Counted from the whole stretch's first letter, positions 37,098-50,642 are shown. The stretch is DNA of 63,722 nt, filler included, from Octopus bimaculoides (GCF_001194135.2; 6 parts of 6 records of this genome joined end to end with filler, not necessarily neighbours in it), one strand, 5' to 3'. Program-made: numbers and translations. Notes: generated by a model from the letters alone, not told the origin.

Positions 37098-37229
37098 TTA
37101 CTTATTCCAGTCATTTGACTGCGGCCACATTGGAGCACCGCCTTAAACGGTTTTAGTTTTGGGGTCGATTTGCTCTGCTAAAGGTGGTGCTCCAGCATGG
37201 CCACAGTCAAAATGACTGCAACAAGTAAA
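37098..37229. mobile_element. Two SINE family B tails fused in inverted orientation (~47-bp arms)
   Basis: TTTACTTATTCCAGTCATTTGACTGCGGCCACATTGGAGCACCGCCTT pairs with AAGGTGGTGCTCCAGCATGGCCACAGTCAAAATGACTGCAACAAGTAAA. Confidence 0.85.
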
Positions 37230-37294
37230 AAAATTACAGCTTATATTTAACACTTTCCGAGCAAAAGCTATAGATGTACATAATCCCTTCTATT

Positions 37295-37499
37295 AAAGGC
37301 ACAAGGGCTGAAATTTGGAGGAGGGGGATAGCTGATGACAACGTCCCCCAGTGCTCAAACGATGCTTGTTTTATCGGCCCCTAAAGGATAAAAGGCTAAG
37401 CCGACCCCGGTAGAATTTGAACTCAGAACGTAAAGGCGGGCGAAATGCTGCTAAGCATTTTTCCTAGCGCGCTAACGATTCTGCTAGCTGACCGCCATA
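37295..37499 (-). mobile_element. SINE family A, near full length
   Basis: GGCACAAGGGCTGAAATTT ... GAATTTGAACTCAGAACGTAAAG ... GCTAACGATTCTGCTAGCTGACCGCC. Confidence 0.88.
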
Positions 37500-37847
37500 T
37501 GCAAATGTATATAATAAGCATTGTTATTCACACTTCCTAGAAAAGTTCGTGAAGAGCAACATTTCTTGAATCGAGATGATGGAGCACCAACACCTCGGAG
37601 TTCTGAATTCTCAATCTGCAGTTTCAAATTATTTCTTTTTTCTTTTGGTTTACTGTTCAATTCTTCTTCTGCTTAAAGCAAGAAACACATGCGTGCAGTG
37701 TAATAAGTAAATAGGCTAAAGTTTGAATACGTGACACCTCTCAGTATGTTCAGTGTAAAATCCAATTGTGGGATATACGAAGTAGAAGAGTTAATTGAGA
37801 TATTTAGTGTATATACAAGTACATAAAGCGTATAAAACATATTGAAT

Positions 37848-38031
37848 TCAAATTTTGGCACAAAGCCAGCATGGTAGGGAGATGGGGTAAGTCGATTAAA
37901 TGTACCCCAGTACTTGGTTAGTGATTATGTTATCGACCCCGAAGGAATAAAAGGCAAAGTCGACCTCAACAGAATTTGAACTCAAAGCGTACAGACAGAC
38001 GAAATGCCGCGAAGCATTTCACCCGGCGTGC
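37848..38031 (-). mobile_element. SINE family A
   Basis: Collinear with 37295-37499 and 56431-56638. Confidence 0.87.
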
Positions 38032-38311
38032 ATATATATATATATAAAGATAATAAGAGTGAAAAAACTACAGAAGGCTTGTGTTACATGGTTAAAGTAT
38101 ATATTTAAATTATGTCAGAAAAATGTTAGAAAAATGTTATAAAATCTTTTTGGTATATAAACATTGTTTATATACCAAAAACATTGTTTATATACCAAAA
38201 AGATTTTATAANNNNNNNNNNNNNNNNNNNNNNNNNNNNNNNNNNNNNNNNNNNNTTAATTAATTAANNNNNNNNNNNNNNNNNNNNNNNNNNNNNNNNN
38301 NNNNNNNNNNN

Positions 38312-38370
38312 ATGGTGTTTTTAGATTTCATTATTCTCTTTAACCCGGGCAACGCCGGGTATTTCTGCTA

Positions 38371-38371
<1 letters not shown>
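38312..38371 (+). mobile_element. Helitron-like 3' terminus
   Basis: CCCGGGCAACGCCGGG hairpin, then TATTTCTG, CTAG and T. Confidence 0.7.
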
Positions 38372-38422
<51 letters not shown>

Positions 38423-38891
38423 CACGTATGCATATATAACACACGTATGCATATATACGGTGTCCATAAGACATCCGATAATATGTAGTAAATATCAAGA
38501 AAGGTGGAACAAGTGATACAAAAAGCAGTCTTTTATGTGGAACAACATGCGGCTAGAAATGTTCCATATCATCACACAATATTAGATGAGATGCTTGAAA
38601 TAATTGTGAAAGAGAGATGCTTGAAATAATTGTGAAAGAAACGAAATATATAGTAATTGCTAGTGTATAGTAATACATGACGTGACAATAGATAATATCG
38701 AAATCATTCAAAAAGCTCCACCGCAAGAAAACTAGTTACGTATCTGCTTATTATACAGAACTCTATATGTCATTACAGTGCAATATACCTCTGTGGTATA
38801 AAAGGCACTATAGAATACTACACTCAATCCATATCTACATTCTTTTCAAATAGTTTTGAAACGCAACGGTAACAAAATTGTGAAAACTCTA

Positions 38892-39000
38892 TAAGGTGGC
38901 GAGTTGGAGAATCGTAAGCACGCTTAATGGCATTTTATCCGTCCTTAAGTCTTTACGTCCTGAATTCAAATGCCACCGAGGTAATCTTTGACTTTCATTC
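38892..39000 (+). mobile_element. SINE family A head
   Basis: AAGGTGGCGAGTTGGAGAATCGTAAGCACG...CTTTACGTCCTGAATTCAAATGCCACCGAGG. Confidence 0.75.
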
Positions 39001-39012
39001 TTGTGTGTACGT

Positions 39013-39070
<58 letters not shown>

Positions 39071-39300
39071 GTGAAGGCTTGTGACCTAGTGGTAAGAGTA
39101 CTGTAATCACGGTTGCTAGATCATGGGTTAAGTTCCCGGACCAGATGGCGAGTTGTGTTATTGAGCAAAGCATCTCATTTCACGTTTCTCCAATCCACTC
39201 ATCTTCCGTGACCGAATAGCCTACTGTTTATTGGGGATACTAGCCTGCTCACCTAACCAGAGGAGTAGTGTCATTCGAAAGCTTAAACCATGTGAGGGAT
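39071..39300 (+). mobile_element. Diverged tRNA-derived SINE (family C)
   Basis: A-box-like TGACCTAGTGG, B-box-like GGTTAAGTTCCC, and GTGTTATTGAGCAAAGCATCTCATTTCACG. Confidence 0.6.
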
Positions 39301-39814
39301 GTGTAGGTAATATCGTGCCAAACCTCACAGTTTCCCCATCTTCCAGTGCAAAGAAACAATTTCTGTACAAGAAAGTTTAAATAAAGAAAATTTATTCATC
39401 GAAAAATGGATAACACGCCTAAATATGAACGCATAATCATCTTCGATCTCAGTATATGTATTTTAATTCATGTTCACATACATATCAATATAAATATTTC
39501 TTCTCAATACTTTAGCTTTTGAGTATTTGAATATTTATTTACCCCCTCCCAAAACAATGAGCAATTATCTCCCTTGTCCCGAACAATAACGATCACCAAT
39601 TACCTTCCCTTAGATTTTTCTACCTGTTGATTCAATTCATTCACACACACACCCATACACAACATGGACTAAATCTTTTTAAGAAAATACGAAATTACAA
39701 TAATTTCAATGTCATGATTAGCGAAAGCAAAACCGGTCGACAAACGCAATACTCTTTCACTTATACTATATATTAAAAAATATTAATACTATGGAAACTG
39801 TGTGCATTCTCCTA

Positions 39815-39847
<33 letters not shown>

Positions 39848-40799
39848 NNNNNNNNNNNNNNNNNNNNNNNNNNNNNNNNNNNNNNNNNNNNNNNNNNNNN
39901 NNNNNNNNNNNNNNNNNNNNNNNNNNNNNNNNNNNNNNNNNNNNNNNNNNNNNNNNNNNNNNNNNNNNNNNNNNNNNNNNNNNNNNNNNNNNNNNNNNNN
40001 NNNNNNNNNNNNNNNNNNNNNNNNNNNNNNNNNNNNNNNNNNNNNNNNNNNNNNNNNNNNNNNNNNNNNNNNNNNNNNNNNNNNNNNNNNNNNNNNNNNN
40101 NNNNNNNNNNNNNNNNNNNNNNNNNNNNNNNNNNNNNNNNNNNNNNNNNNNNNNNNNNNNNNNNNNNNNNNNNNNNNNNNNNNNNNNNNNNNNNNNNNNN
40201 NNNNNNNNNNNNNNNNNNNNNNNNNNNNNNNNNNNNNNNNNNNNNNNNNNNNNNNNNNNNNNNNNNNNNNNNNNNNNNNNNNNNNNNNNNNNNNNNNNNN
40301 NNNNNNNNNNNNNNNNNNNNNNNNNNNNNNNNNNNNNNNNNNNNNNNNNNNNNNNNNNNNNNNNNNNNNNNNNNNNNNNNNNNNNNNNNNNNNNNNNNNN
40401 NNNNNNNNNNNNNNNNNNNNNNNNNNNNNNNNNNNNNNNNNNNNNNNNNNNNNNNNNNNNNNNNNNNNNNNNNNNNNNNNNNNNNNNNNNNNNNNNNNNN
40501 NNNNNATATATATATGAGTAAAAATAAATACAAAAAAAAAGGGTTTTGTATGATCGTGTATAGAGGAATATATTATTTTATTAAAAAAAGTTTCAACTCT
40601 GTCTGTTTTTTATTTATATTCTTGTAAAATTTATGTGGGATATAGAATATGGAATATATAATATATAATATAAAAAAGATGGATGGTACAATGAAATGAA
40701 GTATTGAATGTCTTATTGAATATAAGGAATATGTCTTATTGAATATATGAAATATTGAGTGTTCAATATAAAGGATTAAATATATAAATATATAAAGGC

Positions 40800-41490
40800 G
40801 AATACGTATTTTCTATACCATGTGGTATTTCATCATGGCCGGTATGACAGACTGTACCACTCCTAAAAATAGTGCAATTTATAACAATAGTAATAATAGC
40901 AATGTTGGTAATGATAACGTTAATAATTCTAATAATATAGAATCTTCTACCCACTTCTATAACCTCTCTTCTGACGATATTACCTCCTCTATTACCGAGC
41001 ACAGTCCCTAAAACTCACCTAATTGTAAATGCCGCCCTGGAACCACCTGCCCCTTACAAACCCATTGCAGAAGATATAATGTAATTTACAAATGCACTGT
41101 CCTTAATCTATTACACAACTCTACAGCCACATACATAAGATCAACCAAAGATTTTAAGCAACGATATGCCGCTCACTTCCCCTCTTTAGATGCGATAAAC
41201 ATAGTAAATCTACAACACTCGCCAACCACATACATCATCTCAAAAATACATATTCTATTATGGTCCATACTGGACTTAGGGCTTCCCTACCGAGGTCAAC
41301 GCTCAACCTTCAAACCTTGCCTGAAGGAGGCACTTCACATATTAAAGCACAAATCTCCAGCTCTGCTAAATAAACATAATGGGGTACTAAAAACATATAA
41401 TCACCGCTTTTTTCATACATTCAAATTCTACCACAAATCCAAATGCCAAAATGACCATACAGTACATTTCCACAATAACCCTTAGGTAAT
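40800..41490 (+). mobile_element. Penelope-like element GIY-YIG endonuclease fragment
   Basis: NCKCRPGTTCPLQTHC...VIYKCTV...TYIRSTKDFKQRYAAH / STTLANHIHHLK / WSILD...CLKEALHI...LLNK, with two frameshifts. Confidence 0.85.
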
Positions 41491-41813
41491 CCCTATGACC
41501 TTATAAATCTATATTTTAACATCTAATCCCTATCTAACTCGTCACTCATACTCATACGCGAATTTCACAACCATCTAATTATATTCGAGTGTGTGGGCAT
41601 CCATGCTTTGTGCGTGTATATGTATGTGTGTGTATGCGCGTATGTATGTACGTATGTATGCATGAATATATGTATGTATAAAAGGTATATATACCTGCGG
41701 GTACAGGGGGGATAATACATACAGATACACGTATATGTGGGAGTGCACGTATCCATGTACATATGAGAACGAGTTATATGTGTAGATATTGATATGTATA
41801 AACATCTGTATAG

Positions 41814-41852
<39 letters not shown>

Positions 41853-41876
41853 AGCAACACTGATTTCAAAGGTGAT

Positions 41877-41965
41877 TGCAGTACGCACGTTTCATGCTAC
41901 TTCAATTTATTTAAGTAATGCGAGCATTACCTTAAATGCAATATGAAGAGCAATCTTCAGCTGCA
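41877..41965 (-). ncRNA. Minimal type I hammerhead ribozyme (left arm), GUA triplet
   Basis: TGCAG-CTGAAGA-TTGCTCTTCA...TGAAGTAGCAT-GAAA-CGTGCG-TA-CTGCA. Confidence 0.75.
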
Positions 41966-42238
41966 CGAAAAATGCAGAAATATTACTGTAGAAAAGACAT
42001 ATTATAAATGTGGCAACATTTCAAATCCAAGTGGTGGAGAGAATACAGAGGAAGAATACATAAGTCCATCTTGACATAGCCGAGTCTATCAGGCTAGCCT
42101 GATAGACTCGGCTATGTCAAGATGGACTTATGTATTCTTCCTCACATTTGGATTTTTATGTATTCTCTCCCCCACTTGGATTTGAAATGTTGCCACATTT
42201 ATAATATGTCTTTTCTACAGTAATTTTCTGCATTTTAG

Positions 42239-42327
42239 TGCAGCTGAAGATTGCTCTTCATATTGCATTTAATGTAATGCTCGCATTACTTAAAGAAATT
42301 GAAGTAGCATGAAACGTGCGTACTGCA
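42239..42327 (+). ncRNA. Minimal type I hammerhead ribozyme (right arm), GUA triplet
   Basis: TGCAG(42239-43)-CTGAAGA(42244-50)-helix II-GAAA(42311-14)-CGTGCG-TA-CTGCA(42323-27). The basal helix II pair is U.U. Predicted cut after 42322. Confidence 0.75.
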
Positions 42328-42649
42328 ATCACCTTTGAAATCCGTGTTGCTTATTTTTTTGATTTTAATCACCTATCCTTTNNNNNNNNNNNNNNNNNNN
42401 NNNNNNNNNNNNNNNNNNNNNNNNNNNNNNNNNNNNNNNNNNNNNNNNNNNNNNNNNNNNNNNNNNNNNNNNNNNNNNNNNNNNNNNNNNNNNNNNNNNN
42501 NNNNNNNNNNNNNNNNNNNNNNNNNNNNNNNNNNNNNNNNNNNNNNNNNNNNNNNNNNNNNNNNNNNNNNNNNNNNNNNNNNNNNNNNNNNNNNNNNNNN
42601 NNNNNNNNNNNNNNNNNNNNNNNNNNTATATATATACATGTCTAATGTA

Positions 42650-43510
42650 TACATACGTATACATTCTCACATATTTTTATTCTACTACTAGTACTGTCCT
42701 GTCCAACCATCTAAATTCCTAAATTCTTCTTTCTATAGTAATACCCCCTTTCTCTACTCCATCATTTAGACACTATCACTGCAATTGACACTCCTTAAAG
42801 CTTTATATCTCTCTCTCCATGACTCATCAGTCCTTCTATTTTTCTACACTCTAATACATTTCTCTCTCCTTCACCCTTTTCATCCCGTTCCTACCTTATT
42901 ATATTCACTGACCACTATCTGGCACACTATCCCTTATCTCTAATTTTGTATTCCTTTTTCTTTTTTTTCGTTATTCGTTTTATTATTTTTTTCTTCCTCT
43001 TTTCTTTTCTTTCTCCCCCCTTTTTCCCTTTTTTCTGTCTTTTTTCTCTTTCTGTTTCTCTCTCTCTCTTTATTCCTCTCTTTCTGTTTTCGATTTGACC
43101 ATACTAATACATTCCCTACTTTTAGGTCACTTTAAACAGAACCCTTGATTCAATAACACTGTGTATACAATCTGTATTTGGAATGACCAATTTCAAAGAC
43201 TGTTGGATTTTACTCATAGGGTATTGGAATCTTAATACTGGATTTACAAATGCAATGAACAATCTTGAAGACTATTGGATTTTACTCACAAGGTATTGGA
43301 ATCTTATGTATACCATTCTGCCTAAACAATGGATTTAAAAATGCAATATCTCTGCATTGACTCTCTATTTCCTATCTTATCTAAATTAACTATTGCTTAA
43401 CCATCTTCTCACGTCGTCTTCGATGAAGGGATATAATAAATATCCTTGAAACAGCTGTAAGACCTATTTATAAATGTTCTAAAATATACACAACCTTGGT
43501 TTTTTTTATC
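42650..43510 (+). mobile_element. Penelope-like 3' trailer / pseudo-LTR (pyrimidine-rich, with an internal ~40-bp duplication at 43193-43233 and 43266-43306)
   Basis: Ends in an HHR-like motif at 43416-43463. There is no ORF, so the assignment is inferred from context. Confidence 0.5.
43416..43463 (+). ncRNA. Hammerhead-like motif with variant core (UCGAUGA)
   Basis: GTCT-TCGATGA-AGGGATAT AATAA ATATCCTT-GAAA-CAGCTG-TA-AGAC: 4-bp helix I, 8-bp helix II and palindromic helix III ACAGCUGU. Confidence 0.6.
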
Positions 43511-43984
43511 ACATTACGAAAAGTAAATCTTTATATATATGTATATATATATTGCAATTGAAATAAACCGAGGCACACAATATATATATACATACATACA
43601 NNNNNNNNNNNNNNNNNNNNNNNNNNNNNNNNNNNNNNNNNNNNNNNNNNNNNNNNNNNNNNNNNNNNNNNNNNNNNNNNNNNNNNNNNNNNNNNNNNNN
43701 NNNNNNNNNNNNNNNNNNNNNNNNNNNNNNNNNNNNNNNNNNNNNNNNNNNNNNNNNNNNNNNNNNNNNNNNNNNNNNNNNNNNNNNNNNNNNNNNNNNN
43801 NNNNNNNNNNNNNNNNNNNNNNNNNNNNNNNNNNNNNNNNNNNNNNNNNNNNNNNNNNNNNNNNNNNNNNNNNNNNNNNNNNNNNNNNNNNNNNNNNNNN
43901 NNNNNNNNNNNNNNNNNNNNNNNNNNNNNNNNNNNNNNNNNNNNNNNNNNNNNNNNNNNNNNNNNNNNNNNNNNNNNNNNNNNN

Positions 43985-44023
<39 letters not shown>

Positions 44024-44229
44024 CATACATACACGTATGTATGCGCGTGCGTATGTGAGCGTGTGTGTGGATGTGAGTTGCGTGCGCGTGTATTTCATTG
44101 GTTGAAACAAAAGTGTTTCCTTCAGTGCTTGTGCATATATGGAACTATAAGTTATCTGAAAAGAAACAAAAGAAAAGAGGTCGAACGATTGATGAATAAG
44201 TACCTCTCTACTTAGAATTTAATCCCATT

Positions 44230-44720
44230 TGTCTCTTTTGCAATAACTCCGGTCACTCTTCACTGACTTCAATATTTTCCAGGTTTTGAACTTGTCCTGG
44301 AAAGGCTCGTGTATGAGTAGTATTTTGTTGTTGTAGTGAATTTTCGTCGATCTCTTTTATCATCAAAGTTTAGTGATACACTCATGGATAGCTGAAAATG
44401 TAAAAGAGTGCCAATGTCAAGAGTATAACGTATGGGACGAAAGTCATCTAGCAATTTGTTATATAGTTATGGATAAGCATTGGCCCGTGAACAGATGCAT
44501 TGTCGTAGCGCAGAATCTCAGTTTAATTTGTCCATGCATCAAACTTTTTCCTATCTATTGTTTTTATCACACACCGTACGACATCAAAATACGATTCTTT
44601 ATAGATATGTTAGAGCAAATAGAACAAATTCTTGATAAGAGTCTCAGATTTCAAAACGATAATCAAAATCACGTTCAAATATGAGCGTCTATATGATGAT
44701 TGGTTTCTTTTCAGTGACGA
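44230..44720 (-). mobile_element. Highly decayed mariner catalytic-domain remnant
   Basis: The minus strand gives FDVVRCVIKTIDRKK...ILRYDNASVH, resembling the mariner RRKRP...LHHDNAPAH region. Many stops and frameshifts. Confidence 0.45.
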
Positions 44721-47326
44721 TGATTTAAACAATCCAACGACTTTTTTGGTTTAGTCATCAGCGCCGTGCAACCACATTTCGAAACATACGATCGGAATAT
44801 TCTGAAAGACTGTATCTCGGTTTTCTTTTTATTTACCTGCTAGTAGAAAAGGCACAAATTTAACGGCAACATATTACATAATTTTCCATTCAATTCCTGG
44901 AGGGTAATGTTTTACAGGTGGCTACTGTTTCGAAATCCTTGTAGAAAATCGGGCGGCGACGATCATAGAACAAAGCACGTACTTTTACAATACGATCATT
45001 ATCTGCTATTGTACAAAAACGACAAGATTAAACATTGTCTTCGGTGGATGTCATTCTCGACTTGAAATGCATAAAACTTCTAATGATTTGTTACAACACG
45101 TTTGTCTTACAAAGGCTTCAGTCTACAACTTGTGATTAATCATTAATCGCACTAAACGTACATTCAATGTAGCGCATAAAATCTCAGTAAGTGGCTCACA
45201 TGACGTCATAAAACTGACTGAAAGTGAAAATCATCTATACACACTACATTAACTCGGTTGGTTGGAGCCCTGATCTAGAAGTGTCATTTCTTTTAGGACA
45301 AGTCACGTATTCAGAAAAATGTAAATCAACATATGAGCAAACTGGAGTTATATGTATTAAAGCGTATTAATGTGTATGTTAAATGAGTGGAAGAGGAGGA
45401 AGAAAGGAGGAAGTGGATGAGAGAGAAAAAATTAACGACTCTGTTTTGAAAAGTATATTTCTTATGAATGTGTGCATATGTCTATGCGTTTCTATAAGTG
45501 TATTAGTGTGTGATTTTGTTTTCATTCTAACAGCTTTATGAACAACAATCTTACACCCACACTAATTCTGACAACACAAACATTGCATATACAGATACAC
45601 TCACAAGAACACACACTCGCATTTATTCTTCATATTTATTATTTCTACATTCACAATATAAAGGAAATGAAACGCACCTACGGCATTCAGAAGCCTGAAA
45701 CAGTTAATCTAATGAAATACTGGTTTACATCATTACTAAATGATTGATCAGAATTTTCTAAACTTAATTGAAAACACATTCGTGATTATCTTTGCACTGA
45801 GGTGAAAATGTGCAAAATAGATTAGAGATAGAAATAACTGCAATTAGCAGTGGAAATTGAGTCAGTGCATATCATATTTTGATTTTATTATATTGTTGTC
45901 TTTTGTCATTGATGTCTAAAACAACATTCAATAATGTTTCCGAGGAAATTCCTAATTTACTTAAATACCTAATTACACTGGAATTGTATGAAAATAATTC
46001 TTGTTAACCTTTTCTGTTAGTCAATACCATTTACCGATAGGCATTTATAAGTCATTCCAGATTTAATGGTATTAAAAATGTATATGATTCTAGTCTATAT
46101 AGAAAGCATGTTTTACGTACGGAGTCTACACTGGTAGCTAACCAAACAGACACCCTCTCAGTAAAATACTGTGAAGTGATGAGCAGAATTGAGTAGATGG
46201 AAAATTCTTGAAGATCACTATCATGCGAAGGTTTTGAGTCCTGAGTGCTGCCGTGAAACAAACTTACATTGAATAAGGTGTATTTAGATGGAGGGGAGTT
46301 AGAATAATTTAGTACTGAGCATAGCATTTCTCTCTTTTCAGTTTCAAGCGTCAAATAAAAGGAACATATTTCCCTTATAAGATGAAAAAAAATTCCTTCC
46401 CTTCTCATGAACCACTAAATATTGACAACGATAAATGCCTTTAAATGCATCAGTCTTTATGCGATAATTTACACAAACCAGCTTAGGAATATTACATTTT
46501 TTTGTCGCTACCCATACTTCCTTGACAGTTAGAATACTTCAACTAGATCATCAATAGGATTTTTCTAACTAGCAGTGTTCATCATCAACTCCATTGAGAA
46601 AGCATGTCAGATGAAGTCAAACTCAAATTCAGTAACTTTTATAGAAGTTGATCATTTTCAATTGCAGCATTAGCAAAATTGGTACCTAATTAAGGACACG
46701 CGATCAAAATTTTTTCTTACAATTAAAATGAATCCTTTCAGAAACCGAAATATTGGCATATGTCTTTAATGTATATACACATGTGACATCTGAAAACATG
46801 TTAATTTTTTATCACTCAGTAAAATGGTCATCGTATTCTATATTGTTTCTTTTAGATGGCAGGGTTTAAAATACAGGCTTTAACATCAGCTGATATTTTT
46901 GGTATTGAATACTGAATACGATAACATTCAAAGTATTATATGTCTGTTGATACGTCATGTAAATGTGATAGAATCTTCGGATTTTAGAAAAAAACATCAA
47001 GACTCTTTGAAAATGAAATAAGAACAGTGATAAACATAGAGATTGCTTGACAGAAAACTATTAAAAAATAATGAAATATCATTGAACTAAGCTACTTTCA
47101 ACCATTCTAAGCCATCGGATTCTATAAAATGTCAAGAAGACAACTCGGATTATTTTTTATTTACTTAAAATTAAAATAACAAGATGCTTTCATTGAAATA
47201 CTTGATCTATATTTCTGTTAATTCATTTCAATAGATATTATTTCTTTTGAAAAGAACAGAACTTGCAGTAAAAGGAAAAAAGGCCTATATGTGTGTGTAT
47301 ACAAATAAATATATGCGTGCAAATGA

Positions 47327-47377
<51 letters not shown>

Positions 47378-49074
47378 CGCACGTGTGTGTGTGGGTATGT
47401 ATGTGAGGTCAGAAGGCATGAGTGATGAATATATTTATATACACTATCTTATAGGTGAATATATAAAAGAATATGAATGTATAGATTGACTTTTTAATTC
47501 CTGTGGCATTGGCTTTTGCATTTTATCTTTCTGAGATTAGTGAAGTATTAAAATGTGATAACCGAATCTGTGATGAATTAAATTAAGCTTATGTATCCTA
47601 AAAAATGTTGTGGCTTTGATGCATATGTTACAAACCGTTATTTAAATCGGTTCAGCCTGGTCGATAGCCGAATCATCATCGCTGACAACCTCTTATAGTA
47701 TCTAACATCCTGACGTTTAACTTTATGTCAATAATCCTCGAGAAACTGTAAGCTGTTGTTTATAATCAAGAATCAAGAGTTAAAGCGAATAGTGAACTTT
47801 GGAATGCAAATCTTTAAGTAAGCAGATTTCTCAACAAGAGATTTATCGTTCATAGCAATTATATCTTACAGAAAATTTCTGCCCCCTTTTAGTATTTTAC
47901 TTCGTGTATTTCTAGATTCAATTATTTAATAAGTTAGGACAGGTGATTTGACAGATTCGTTAAACTAAATGCAATAGTTCATAATCTTAACCTATAATCT
48001 ACATTTATGAAGCCATGTACTATTCTTCTGTAACCTAATTACCAAATACATTTAAACTGGCCATAGGAAGGATCCTGCCACTCTGAAACCTGAAAAATAG
48101 CTATACTAGCATGAGAGCCCACACGCTTAATGGAGATACATGCTGCGCTTTCACTCCATCACCTGCAGAATAGGAAAACTCAGTTTCTTGGCCACCGGCT
48201 CCATGGTGAGACACCAAAGCTATCAGAATGACTTGCTTAGCATCATATGAAGTGCCTTTTAGAAGATCATTCCTTACTCATTTGGCGCTTGTAATTGTCA
48301 ACTCTGCTGCCGTGAGAATCTACTTACTGCACCAGCTCAAAGTTTTCCTTCATAGGGACATGACCGACCTTATTGTTGGAACACAAATATACTCTGTTAA
48401 TGGACTATCATTCTTAGGTCGTTGATACTACTTATATATCCACGTCGAAGCCAAGTTGGGCTCCTACCCCCACACACAATCGAAGGTATATACAATTTTC
48501 TACTGCCCCAGAGATTACAGCATACTCTTGTCGGTTGATGATCTTATTTGTAACTTGACACCATTAGCTTGGACTAACTCGTATGTGATATTTGCTATTG
48601 TGGGTTTTACATGTTGGATAGATGACAGTGATTACATATTTCACCTATGAACTTGAGTGTCACGAAAGACAGAGGGGAATTTAGATGCTTGAAAGTACCA
48701 AAGAAACAATTAAGTAATGAAATGGTCAGTCTTCATCATTCTATCACTTCATTATCACTGAACACTTAATCTTATCTTCGTTGTGTTTTGCACTTTCTGC
48801 TTAATGATCTGAACATGAGAGTAGAATTATAATTTATATTAATCCGATCCTGTTTTTTGTCTATTTTATTATTTATGCATTTTGTATTTTGACTATAATT
48901 GTACTCCAGTAATACATCAATGGGTTTAGTCTTGTGTGTAAACTGTTGAAAATGATACACTACGTTGGATATGCACATTCACATAGTACGGCGGTATTTT
49001 CGGGGAATGTTTGTTGCTGTGTTGAACTTTTAGATATACTTATTAAAAAAATAAAACTGAAGAAATAGAAACAG

Positions 49075-49945
49075 ACATATTCTACAAAACCACAGACGCC
49101 AAACAATAGCTATTTAATTCATGCCACCCAAGACACACCTAAACGAACATCCCATTCAGCCTTGCAAGAAGGATATGCACAATATTGTTAGAAAAAATGT
49201 CATAGACCTTAGACTGCAAGAACTCAAAATCACCCTGATTGACAGACACTATCCAGTTCAACTCATAGAGGATGGTAGCAGACGTACAACACAAATCGTC
49301 ATAGAAACCGTAAGAAAAGTTCAACACAGCAATACACCTTCCCCAAAAATACTGCCGTACATATCCACATACAAACCCAGAAACAAAGAAACCTTCATCA
49401 TCATCACCCAAATTTACCAATGCTACATAAGGACCCCAAATTAAAGGAAATTTTACACACACTTAAGATCATTAAAGGCCACAAACAACCGAAATCACTA
49501 AAAAGTGCCTCACAAAAGCAAAATTATTTTCTAAAACAACGGACGCAAAAGTGAAAAAGTGTAGTCGACCAAATTACGCAACATGCTCAAATTTTCTAGA
49601 AGGATCAGAATTCTTTTTCAAAGAGGAACAAAATTCAAAATCAAATCTGAATTTACTTGTGCCTTAGAAAGCCTGATTTATGCTATAAGATGCTCGGGTT
49701 ACCACAATAGGGTCTACGGGATTATCGCTCAGACGCAGATGCACTCTGCACCGATAGTGGATTGCATTCCCAGAATACAGAATGCTAACCTTTAGTAGAC
49801 ACATTGAGAAATGCGCAAAGCAACTGCTACCACAGTTTGTAATCTTTCCATTTTATCAATGTGCCGTTGGAACACCAACACCAGCTAGATTAGATAAGGA
49901 AACCTACTACATTGAAAAATATAAGCCAAAATTTAACCATTTCTA
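49075..49945 (+). mobile_element. Penelope-like element, RT thumb plus GIY-YIG domain, decayed
   Basis: YKTTDAKQ..NSCHPRHT..NIPFSLARRICTI; RLQELKITLIDRHYPVQLIEDG; KKCSRPNYATC; FTCALESLIYAIRCSG; KETYYIEKYKPKFN. Confidence 0.9.
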
Positions 49946-50588
49946 ACAGTTTTTAATAAGGAAACTTACCTCATTGAAACAAATATAAAGCAAAACTTAA
50001 CCACCTGTAACATTCTATTTTTTCTAAATCAAATCATGTTAAATTAATAAAACCTTGTCATTCCCAACATTTTTTATTATCTCCCTTATACCGAAAAAAT
50101 CCCTGATTACCTTCCCTTGTCTGGAACTCTCATACTTCACATCATAGCGAAGAGATGACCCAATATCGGTAAAGAAATTTAAGAAATTTGAAAAGAAAAT
50201 ACGAAACCAGTTATTTGTCCCAAAACAATGTTACTATACACAAAATGTTATTACATTTTTCAAACATAACGATTTAAATATATTCTTTAACCACACACAC
50301 ACACACTATGTGTGTCTGTATGTGTATGGTATAGGACAATCAGTAAGTTGTCATATTAGGACTCAAAGTTTCAAATACCGGAGCTAAGAGCTACGATGCC
50401 TCTTCCTCGGATATTTTGATAATAGACCCTATGAAAAAAAAGCCATCAATTAAAAGTGAAGTTAGTCTAATAGGAAAAATTATAAAAGATGAAAAATAAG
50501 GAATAAAAATTATAAAATATACAAGCAGCCATATTCTCAAAATACATATAAAACTTTCTGCGTTCGAAAAGTCTACATACGTACATAC

Positions 50589-50642
<54 letters not shown>

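Larger units (their letters stand above)
41851..42353. repeat. ~500-bp loop-less imperfect palindrome of a PLE pseudo-LTR-like sequence
   Basis: The centre is ATCAGGCT|AGCCTGAT at 42095/42096. The arms differ by several substitutions and a ~15-nt indel. Confidence 0.93.

Noticed and set aside
38137-38211. Perfect hairpin with an internal 20-bp duplication
   Set aside because: Same contig-end position and perfect identity as 15969-16058, so probably an assembly or library artefact.
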